37,056 nt of DNA from the IMG/VR virus record IMGVR_UViG_3300037784_000028, positions 1-37,056 of that record, one strand, 5' to 3'. The notes under the pieces are model-generated. The model had not been told where the DNA came from and searched no databases. It worked only from the letters and a program-made list of their open reading frames with translations. This stretch comes from a virus. Taxonomy: Duplodnaviria; Caudoviricetes. The translations under genes were made by a program, and so were the position numbers. Positions 27,666-34,861 of the stretch are shown here, in pieces. Position 1 is the first letter of the stretch; each line of letters opens with the position of its first letter.

Positions 27666-28256
27666 TCAGGTCGTTTGCTTGATCTTCTTGACGGCCTTCT
27701 GAGTCTTGACGCTCATCGACTTGCGGAGGTCGTTGCCGCCGTCGCCGTCGATCGCGGCGCGGATCGCGGGGCTGGACTGGATAGACGTCACGATGTCCTC
27801 AGTGACCGACTCGGCTGATTTCTGCTTGCGACGGAACACGCCAGCGAGCAGGCCGGTAAGCACGGTCGAGCCGCCAAGCAATGCCTCGGCAACCCCGATG
27901 CCGCCAACCAGCGTGTTTTCCCATGCGTCCGCGTCACGATCGGCTTGCGTCCGCCAGTCGTCGGCGAGGTCTTCCATGAGTGCCGCAACGTCACGGGCAG
28001 CACCGGGCGCATCCTCTGCCACTTCCAGCACCCGCGCCGCTTCGTCGGCGAGCGATTCAGGGACGTACACACGCAACGCCTCAATCAGGTCGGCGTGATC
28101 CACCGTGCCCTGCTCAACACGTTCGGCAACTTGTCGGACTTGGTTCGCGCCACGATCCAGCTTGTCCGCGTTCTCACGGAGCCGGGCAGACGAACACCCG
28201 GCAAGCACAAGGATCATGGAAATCAGGAGGACGCCAAGCAGGATGCGTGATCGCAT
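27666..28256 (-). CDS. Lipoprotein with helical body and C-terminal hydrophobic segment (u-spanin-like architecture)
   Basis: MRSR-hydrophobic-LAGC lipobox; GGSTVLTGLLAGVF-RRKQK. Confidence 0.6.
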   Translation of the reverse strand: MRSRILLGVLLISMILVLAGCSSARLRENADKLDRGANQVRQVAERVEQGTVDHADLIEALRVYVPESLADEAARVLEVAEDAPGAARDVAALMEDLADDWRTQADRDADAWENTLVGGIGVAEALLGGSTVLTGLLAGVFRRKQKSAESVTEDIVTSIQSSPAIRAAIDGDGGNDLRKSMSVKTQKAVKKIKQTT

Positions 28257-28513
28257 GGGATAAACCCTTCCTCAGAGAAAGGGTTCGTGCTTGGTGCCCG
28301 TAGTATACCCGTTCGTGTTCTACATGGAACACAGAAACCTGACTTTTTCCAGACTTTTTACCAGCCCTGATGATTCGTGATGAATCGATTCACCAAAGGT
28401 GATTCAAAGATGAATCGCGCCCCCGGCCACAACTTTCCCCACCTACCCATTCCCCACAAATTTGTGCGAAATTACACAACCTTGACCCAGACAAGTCGTA
28501 TACCACCCTGATT
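28257..28513. promoter_or_regulatory. Divergent control region
   Basis: Lower GC; - strand TATACT at 28302-28307; palindrome at 28316-28331; GATTC/GAATC repeats at 28371-28417. Confidence 0.65.
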
Positions 28514-30052
28514 ATGTATGAGCGGCGCATGATTCAGGCCGCCAACCATGATGCAGGGGCAGGGGAAACACACACACCGATACCTATCAGCAGCTACGCG
28601 GATCTACGCGCACCTACAGAGGAGCAACCATCCGTCCGCATCTATGTGAGGCAGGGGGAGCAACCACCCAAAGTGGTGTGCGATGGGGCTGTAACTGTAG
28701 AAATCATATTGACTTGCGGGGACAGGGGCGGTACGGTGGCCCCGATGGAAGTTCAGCAATCCCAGCCCGTTCGGTGGGATGAGGTTCTTCGAGAGTGGGA
28801 GCGGGACGCGTCTGTCCAGCAGCTCGGAAAGGATCACACCACCCGCGTACCCCGCATGGTCGGGCGGATGTGCATCGCCCTCGGGATCGAGACAGTGGAC
28901 GAACTCGACCGATCGAAGATGCGGGGCTATCTGGCGGGCCTGTCAGAGTCCGGGGTGAAGGGTGAGCCGCTGTCGCCCAAGACGATGCGGAACTACATCA
29001 CGGCCTTCAATCGGTTCTTTGAGTGGTGCAGGCAGGCGGAGATGGCCCCCGCGTCGTGGGCGAACCCCTGTGACGGTATCCGGCTTCCACGGCTTCAGGA
29101 CAACCCCAAGCGGGCGTTCACGCAGGATGAGGTTCTTGCCGTGTTCCGCGCGGCGATGCTCGATGAGACGCACGAACGCCCGGCGTTCACGTCCGGGGAC
29201 GGCCTGCCCAAGATGCGGTCTGGCCTGTACTGGCTCATGGCGTGCACAGGGCTACGGGTGGGCATCGCGGAGCAACTGCGGGTCCGGCACCTGACGCTGA
29301 TCGGCACGGCCCCGTGCGTGCACGTTCCGGCCACGGGGACGGGCAAGGAACGCAAGGCCAGGACGATCGCGATCTCGCAGCTCGACGCGCAGATATTGCG
29401 TGAGTTTCTGGCGCGACACCCACGCAAGCCCGGCACCGATGACCGCCCGTTCGATCGCCCGCACCCGCGCGTGTTCTACGCGGACCTTGAGGCGGGCGGC
29501 GTTTCCGTGCAGGACGGGTCGGGCCGGTGGCTTGGATTTCACAGTTTCCGCCGATTCCACGCGACCCAGCTTTTGCGGATGAAGGTAGACCCGAAGCTTG
29601 TGCAGAAGCGTTTGGGGCACAGGAGTTTAGAGACGACGACGAAGCATTATCGGGACATCGAGCACGAGGAGCACGCGGGGGTGGCGCGTGAGTTGGGCGA
29701 GAGTTTTTCTGCAAAAATGGAGACAAGCCCCTTGACTGGACAGGGGCTGATAGCCGATACTGATAACGCAAGCTCGCTACCAGCGATTGATAACTCAGAG
29801 ACCCACGCCAAGAAGTGCGGCGTTGATTCGGGCCCAGTGAGCTTGCATTCCCTGCCCGGATCCGCCGCGCCTACTGGCGGCTTGCCGCGTTCCGGTGAGA
29901 CGGTCTCGGGGATTCAGAATGTCGAAGTGGAGGACAGGGGACTCGAACCCCTAGCCCGAAACGAGCGGCATTCTAGGCCAGAGGACGGGCTTCTTGTTGA
30001 AGCCGCCGTAACTCTGGCGCGAATCCTCGATCGTCTCAGCGAGCGCCGCTGA
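28514..30052 (+). CDS. int: Tyrosine integrase (start 28514 or, more likely, 28745) with a long C-terminal extension containing attP
   Basis: TGLR, K, FHSFRR and LGH...TTKHY catalytic motifs; LSPKTMRNY...NP core-binding region. Confidence 0.93.
   Translation: MYERRMIQAANHDAGAGETHTPIPISSYADLRAPTEEQPSVRIYVRQGEQPPKVVCDGAVTVEIILTCGDRGGTVAPMEVQQSQPVRWDEVLREWERDASVQQLGKDHTTRVPRMVGRMCIALGIETVDELDRSKMRGYLAGLSESGVKGEPLSPKTMRNYITAFNRFFEWCRQAEMAPASWANPCDGIRLPRLQDNPKRAFTQDEVLAVFRAAMLDETHERPAFTSGDGLPKMRSGLYWLMACTGLRVGIAEQLRVRHLTLIGTAPCVHVPATGTGKERKARTIAISQLDAQILREFLARHPRKPGTDDRPFDRPHPRVFYADLEAGGVSVQDGSGRWLGFHSFRRFHATQLLRMKVDPKLVQKRLGHRSLETTTKHYRDIEHEEHAGVARELGESFSAKMETSPLTGQGLIADTDNASSLPAIDNSETHAKKCGVDSGPVSLHSLPGSAAPTGGLPRSGETVSGIQNVEVEDRGLEPLARNERHSRPEDGLLVEAAVTLARILDRLSERR
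28709..28737 (+). promoter_or_regulatory. Predicted promoter for a leaderless integrase mRNA
   Basis: TTGACT-N17-TACGGT, 7 nt before ATG 28745. Confidence 0.5.
29726..29761 (+). promoter_or_regulatory. Predicted early promoter inside int with an overlapping inverted repeat
   Basis: TTGACT(29732)-N18-GATACT; AGCCCCT-N9-AGGGGCT. Confidence 0.45.
29927..29952 (-). other. attP core: 3' end (T-arm plus acceptor strand) of tRNA-Ala or tmRNA
   Basis: - strand AGGGG-TTCGAGT-CCCCT-GTCCTCC-A-C; U70 and A73 alanine identity; no anticodon or D arm upstream. Confidence 0.85.
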
Positions 30053-30062
30053 GGAATGAGGA

Positions 30063-30365
30063 ATGTCGGAAGTTCAGATCAAGTTTCAGCAGGACGCGCC
30101 GGAATCGAAGCCGGTGAAGACCTACACGGGCAGTGTGAGCGAGTGGCCCAAAGGCGTCTACCGGAGCAGTAACCAAAGGCATCTGCTTGTCAAATCCGCA
30201 AGCGACAGCGAGGGGGCGGCTTACTTTTTCAGTGGTCGCGTTTCTTGTATCTATTCCGTGACGTGTGAATACATCCGCGTCTCCGACAACCCCTGCATCG
30301 ACTCCATGACCTTCGCCGGTTCGATGAACTACCCCGACGGCAAGCCGGAAGGGGGGCAGGCGTGA
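30063..30365 (+). CDS. Hypothetical protein
   Basis: GAGGA RBS. Confidence 0.65.
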   Translation: MSEVQIKFQQDAPESKPVKTYTGSVSEWPKGVYRSSNQRHLLVKSASDSEGAAYFFSGRVSCIYSVTCEYIRVSDNPCIDSMTFAGSMNYPDGKPEGGQA

Positions 30366-30658
30366 TGGCGAACATACAAGCCGACCATCTGTATCTCGAC
30401 AAAAACGGCGACTATGTAAAGCCGGGCGATGTTGTGCTTTACGACGACAACGGCAAAGAAGTCGAGTGCGTAGTTCTTTCCGAAGACTATCACTCGATAG
30501 ACATGGAACACATTCTGGAAGCGTCGTCTGTCCACTGTAAGCGGTGTGACGGCGATCCTGTCTTTGTCTGCTTGTGCGACTGCTCTGCGGTGCCTTCATC
30601 AGGCCACCACCGCTTCCACCCGCCTCACGACGGCAAGCCGGAAGGGGGTGCGATGTGA
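30365..30658 (+). CDS. Hypothetical protein (YopX-like DKNG..VKPGDVV motif; Cys-rich)
   Basis: TGATG coupling; flanked by a 21-bp direct repeat. Confidence 0.6.
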   Translation: MANIQADHLYLDKNGDYVKPGDVVLYDDNGKEVECVVLSEDYHSIDMEHILEASSVHCKRCDGDPVFVCLCDCSAVPSSGHHRFHPPHDGKPEGGAM

Positions 30659-30891
30659 GTCACCCCCTCTCAGAAATCATCACCCGTCGCCTAGACGAGA
30701 TCGCCCTAAGCAACCCGACCGACCTCAAGGTGGGCGATTGGATTCAGTGGAGCGGTCCCGGTAACCCTACACAGGTATGGAAGGTGGACAAAGCCGCCAA
30801 TCGTTTCTGGGCCTCTGACTTAGGCGGCTATGCAACTATGGATGGTCACGGCTACACCGTCGTCCCCGCACCAAAGGGGGTGGCCTCATGA
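30655..30891 (+). CDS. Hypothetical protein (DLKVGD, SH3-like)
   Basis: GTGA overlap; 29-bp repeat at its start. Confidence 0.6.
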   Translation: MSHPLSEIITRRLDEIALSNPTDLKVGDWIQWSGPGNPTQVWKVDKAANRFWASDLGGYATMDGHGYTVVPAPKGVAS

Positions 30892-31277
30892 GTCACCCCC
30901 TCTCAGAAATCATCACCGCCAAACTCAACGGCGACGACCCGCACGCCCGCACGACGATTCCGAATGGGCTGGCGGTGGAGATACGGGATGAGTTGAATCG
31001 GCTGTCCCGTTATACGAGCGTGACCGCTGATGGAGTCCGCGTGTATCTAGGTAGGCAGGTGTGGCTACCTGTTGACGTTAACGGAATACGTATCGCTCGT
31101 GAGTTGCAGGTTGGTGAGGACGGCGAGGCGCTTCACTGCAAGTTACTGGACTGCGACGACACTTGGGATTATGCAGAAGCTGTTGTAATGGCGTGCCTCG
31201 TGAGCGACACCTACGCATCGAAAGATGCTGCCCTGTCTGCTGAATCGTCGTATGACACGAAGGCGGTGACCTCATGA
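30888..31277 (+). CDS. Hypothetical protein (TADGV..YLG..VW)
   Basis: ATGA overlap. Confidence 0.65.
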   Translation: MSHPLSEIITAKLNGDDPHARTTIPNGLAVEIRDELNRLSRYTSVTADGVRVYLGRQVWLPVDVNGIRIARELQVGEDGEALHCKLLDCDDTWDYAEAVVMACLVSDTYASKDAALSAESSYDTKAVTS

Positions 31278-31894
31278 ACCGCACCCAACTCCACAACCCA
31301 ACTCAAGCGGATCAGGCGACATTGGAGCAGGCCGTGCGCCTGCTAGTCGGAAGCATCGGCAAGGACGCCGACCCTGTATCCGCTGTGCGGAGCGTGTTTT
31401 CCACGATCTGCATGAATGACACGAACGCGAACTGTGACGTAGCCATGACGCTTCGCGCATTGGATGACGCTGCGTTCGCCATACAGAACGAGGCGCACCA
31501 ACTCTGGGATGCGTACACCGATGCCGCGTTTGAGCTCCAAGACAACCCAGAGATTCTCTCTCACCTGCGTGGCAAGGGGGCAGGGCACAGCGAAGTACCC
31601 GCTTCGTTGGCAGCCCTGCCCCCGCAGTGTGTGTCTCACGTTGTGAGGCGTCACGATCGGTCGAAGTGGATGGGCAAGCTGAACTCACCGGAGGTTGCGA
31701 TCGCATCCGAGAACGCGGACGCGGCGAGCAACTGCCTTGTGGTGGAGCAGGCGATTGAGGATGCCCGCCCACTTCCACAGGTGTTCGTCGGTAACGAGTT
31801 GGCAACGGAGGAGGTCGAAAAAACCGTGAAGTACGGCTTTGTGATTCTTCCAAACGGCAAGCTGGGCACGCGTGAGATTGGGGGTGAGTCGTGA
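31274..31894 (+). CDS. Hypothetical protein
   Basis: ATGA overlap; 206 aa. Confidence 0.65.
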   Translation: MNRTQLHNPTQADQATLEQAVRLLVGSIGKDADPVSAVRSVFSTICMNDTNANCDVAMTLRALDDAAFAIQNEAHQLWDAYTDAAFELQDNPEILSHLRGKGAGHSEVPASLAALPPQCVSHVVRRHDRSKWMGKLNSPEVAIASENADAASNCLVVEQAIEDARPLPQVFVGNELATEEVEKTVKYGFVILPNGKLGTREIGGES

Positions 31895-32280
31895 GATTGC
31901 TCGGTAAACGAAAAAGCCAGCCGGTGGTTGACCAGCAGGAACAGATGTTCCTCATCATGATGGAAGCCCTGTTGAATAACCGCTCAACAAAGAATCTAGA
32001 CCTAGATAAGCAGATCGACATGACGGAACTCAAGCCCGTCCGCGATGTGATTCGCAACGACCTGAAGGCAGCTATTCAGCGGATCATTGACAACCGATTC
32101 TTTAGTATCTGCCCTGTCGATTCGCTACTCAAGATGCACCGCATCACGCCGGACAAAGAAGTGTACGAACTGCTTCGCTCGCTCCACTGCGTCGATTGGC
32201 GAGACATGGAGCCGGATCTCCGCAAGCAGGTTCAGCTTCACTTGGTCGCTATGTTCGCGGCGGTAGAGGGGGAGTTATGA
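31891..32280 (+). CDS. Hypothetical protein (FFSIC..D, LHCVDWRDM motifs)
   Basis: GTGA overlap. Confidence 0.7.
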   Translation: MRLLGKRKSQPVVDQQEQMFLIMMEALLNNRSTKNLDLDKQIDMTELKPVRDVIRNDLKAAIQRIIDNRFFSICPVDSLLKMHRITPDKEVYELLRSLHCVDWRDMEPDLRKQVQLHLVAMFAAVEGEL

Positions 32281-32555
32281 ACGACAACTACCCGCCCGGC
32301 GTTACCGCCTACGACATCGACGCGCACGCACCATCGAACTACACCGGCGACCCGTCGGACGCGACCTGTCACGAATCGACCTTTGACGAGTGGCGTGAGT
32401 TCGTTGGCGAATGGTTCAGCGGACAAGACCTCGTTGATTACTACAACGAGGGCTACACGCCCAGAGAAGTGAACAAGCTCGCAGCCCGTGAAGAGCTCCG
32501 CCTTGAGGCGATGGCGGATCGTGAGCAACTGGAAAAGGATGGAGGCAAGGAATGA
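32277..32555 (+). CDS. Hypothetical protein (NYPPGVT..DI)
   Basis: GGAG RBS; ATGA overlap. Confidence 0.65.
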   Translation: MNDNYPPGVTAYDIDAHAPSNYTGDPSDATCHESTFDEWREFVGEWFSGQDLVDYYNEGYTPREVNKLAAREELRLEAMADREQLEKDGGKE

Positions 32556-32683
32556 GACACGACGACCACCCCGTAGACCCAGGCGACGTTGCCACCGGCT
32601 GCAAACTCTGGGCACTCATCGCAATCGGATTCCTCATCATCGCGGGCGTTGTGCTCGCAATCATGGCCGTGCTTGGCCCATGA
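32552..32683 (+). CDS. 43-aa single-TM peptide
   Basis: LWALIAIGFLIIAGVVLAIMAVL; ATGA overlap; translated by hand. Confidence 0.55.
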   Translation: MRHDDHPVDPGDVATGCKLWALIAIGFLIIAGVVLAIMAVLGP

Positions 32684-32690
32684 CCCATTC

Positions 32691-32970
32691 CGCTCCGGTG
32701 AGTAAGCCGGGCGAACCCCCGGCGCGGTGAACCCCCGCCGCGTCGGATTTCTTGTGCGTTGAACTGTTTCCACCGTTCAGGTCTGACGCACAGTGCCCCG
32801 CGTTGGGGCACGAACCAAGCCGCGAGCGCGTTCCTCATTCCTCCGCTCGCGTACCCCTCGCCCCGTCCTACCGGGCCGGGCAGGGATTCCGTGCTGCACG
32901 TTGATTGCACTCACGCAGCACACCGGCGCGTTGCCGGAAGCCCGCTCCCGATGAGATGCGGGGGCGGGGG
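32691..32970 (+). ncRNA. Array of about 9 consecutive hairpins (putative structured RNA)
   Basis: Back-to-back inverted repeats with G-U pairs on the + strand; no credible CDS. Confidence 0.6.
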
Positions 32971-32986
32971 TTGAAAGGAGATACGA

Positions 32987-33244
32987 ATGAATCCACGAAA
33001 TGACGCAATGGCCCTGCTTGCAATGTGTGTGGCATCTGCCGAGCAAAGTGTGAGGGGTTGGCAACGGTACAGGCCATCACTCGCGCTGCGCGAGCCGTCT
33101 CCGGAAAAGTACGAGGGACAGCGGACCGCCTACCTGATTGGAGCGTGGCGGGGAGACGGGTCTGAGTCTGTCACGACTCGGCAGCGTATCCGCAAGGCGC
33201 AGAGGGTCGCGGCTAAAGCAGCGCGGCGAGATCGACAAAACTAA
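32987..33244 (+). CDS. Hypothetical basic protein
   Basis: GAAAGGAG RBS. Confidence 0.6.
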   Translation: MNPRNDAMALLAMCVASAEQSVRGWQRYRPSLALREPSPEKYEGQRTAYLIGAWRGDGSESVTTRQRIRKAQRVAAKAARRDRQN

Positions 33245-33286
33245 CCCACCCCGCCCGGAAACGGGCGGATTGGACTTGGAGTGAAT

Positions 33287-33772
33287 ATGGCAGGCGACTA
33301 TATCAAGATCAGAACCAGCACATGGAACAGCCCGGAAACGCACGCAGTGGGCTTAGACCTGGACCTATTGCCGTCAGAAGTACTGGCCAAGCTCATCATC
33401 GTCGGGATATGGGCGGATGGCAGTCTCATCCCGTCGCTAGACCAGATAGACCTCATAGCTAAAACGAATGGGTTCGGAAAATCCATGCTGCAATATGGGT
33501 TTCTAGTTCCCGACCAAGGCCAGTACCTACTGAGCGACTACTGCGTACCCGTCGTGAGTCGCTACATTCCCATGGCAATCCGCGAGGAGCTTTACAAAAA
33601 CCCCCGGTGCGCACTCTGCGAGCGAAACTGCGATTTGCAGATTGATCACATGGTGCCAGTCTCTCGTGGCGGCAAGTCAGTACGCGACAACCTACAGCTC
33701 CTTTGCAGCAGTTGCAACATGGCCAAGGGGTCCATGACTATGGACGAGTTCATGGCGGGGAGGACTGACTGA
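33287..33772 (+). CDS. HNH endonuclease with an initiator-like N-terminal domain
   Basis: CALC...IDHMVPVSRGG....NLQLLCSSCN..K. Confidence 0.88.
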   Translation: MAGDYIKIRTSTWNSPETHAVGLDLDLLPSEVLAKLIIVGIWADGSLIPSLDQIDLIAKTNGFGKSMLQYGFLVPDQGQYLLSDYCVPVVSRYIPMAIREELYKNPRCALCERNCDLQIDHMVPVSRGGKSVRDNLQLLCSSCNMAKGSMTMDEFMAGRTD

Positions 33773-33773
33773 T

Positions 33774-34574
33774 ATGTCGATGCCCTGGATCAAAATGCGG
33801 ACTGACATCTGCGACGATCTGAAGGTCGAGGAAATGGCCGAGATCACCGGTCTTGATGTGTTTGGCGTCGTGGGTCGCCTGCAACTGCTTTGGTCGTGGG
33901 TTGGGAGCAAGTCCGAGGATGGCGTGAATGTGCTCACGACTGACGACCGTATTAACCGTCGCGTTCAATGCGACAATTTTGCGACTGCCTTGCGACAAGT
34001 CGGCTGGATCAAGGGCGAGGACAAGGCAATCACGTTCGTCAACTTCACTGAACACAACGGAGCGACGGCGAAGAAACGGGCAGTAGATGCGGCCCGTATG
34101 GCGAAAAAACGCGGGTGTCGCAAAAGTGTCGCAAGCGATGCGACAAAAACGCGACCAGAGAAGAGAAGAGAAGAGAAGAGTAAGAGTTCTCCTACGGAGA
34201 ACAAAGGCGACCGCTCCGCGTCGCGTTCCGATTTCGATTGGGACCGAGACTGCCCGCCATCGCTGAACACGCCGGGCGTGCGTGATGCCTACGGCGACTT
34301 CTGCGAGTACCGGCGTGAGCGGAAGCTTGGCCAGTGGAAGCCGACGACGATCCGCACGAACCTTGCGAAGTTCGAGCCGTTTGGCCCTGCGGCGTTTGTC
34401 GCGGCGGTTGAGGACTCGATCAGCAACGGGTGGCAGGGCGTGTTCCCGCCGAAGGGCACCGCACGCGGCTCGCCGGGCGTGCATCTCAACGACCAGTACA
34501 ACATCAAGCCGGACGACCCGGCAGACGACCCGCTCGCGAAGGCGCGGGCACAGACAGCGAGGAATGCAGGATGA
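33774..34574 (+). CDS. Phage replication initiator
   Basis: WIKMRTD N-terminus, HNGATAKKRA, EKRREEK linker, SISNGWQGVF C-terminal domain; upstream of a DnaC-like gene. Confidence 0.8.
   Translation: MSMPWIKMRTDICDDLKVEEMAEITGLDVFGVVGRLQLLWSWVGSKSEDGVNVLTTDDRINRRVQCDNFATALRQVGWIKGEDKAITFVNFTEHNGATAKKRAVDAARMAKKRGCRKSVASDATKTRPEKRREEKSKSSPTENKGDRSASRSDFDWDRDCPPSLNTPGVRDAYGDFCEYRRERKLGQWKPTTIRTNLAKFEPFGPAAFVAAVEDSISNGWQGVFPPKGTARGSPGVHLNDQYNIKPDDPADDPLAKARAQTARNAG
34115..34186 (+). repeat. Putative origin: TGTCGC/GCGAC repeats plus an (AGAAG)n purine tract
   Basis: gtgtcgcaa x2, gcgac x2, then agagaagagaagagaagagaagagtaagag, all inside the initiator gene. Confidence 0.55.
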
Positions 34575-34861
34575 CGAAAGAAATCATATCGGCGGTCAGC
34601 ACATCGTTCGGATTCGATAACACACGCGTGGAATGGGAAGTCAGCGACCACACAGACTTCGACCTTTGGGAGCAGAATGTGATCATTGTTCCCATGGCGG
34701 ACGACCCCGGTGATGAAGTAAAGAACTACTACACGCTGGACGAAGCCGAGCAACTGGCGGAAAACCTCAAGGCCGCATGTAGCGCCGCAAGGTCACACCG
34801 GCAATGGCTCATTGACACAGACCAGCTTGTTTACCCAGATGGTGACGAGGTGGGCGAATGA
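34571..34861 (+). CDS. Hypothetical protein
   Basis: ATGA overlaps. Confidence 0.6.
   Translation: MTKEIISAVSTSFGFDNTRVEWEVSDHTDFDLWEQNVIIVPMADDPGDEVKNYYTLDEAEQLAENLKAACSAARSHRQWLIDTDQLVYPDGDEVGE

Noticed and set aside
28371-28417. GANTC cluster as proof of an alphaproteobacterial CcrM host
   Set aside because: The sites arise from a repeated palindromic motif, and there is no other evidence for that host
29880-30000. Complete phage tRNA gene
   Set aside because: Only the T-arm and 3' acceptor strand are present; no D or anticodon arm and no 5' acceptor strand
32691-32970. CRISPR mini-array
   Set aside because: The hairpins are not identical repeats with regular spacers, and no cas genes are present
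33251-33268. ccgcccg-GAAA-cgggcgg as a terminator
   Set aside because: A stable GNRA hairpin but with no U-tract; function unclear
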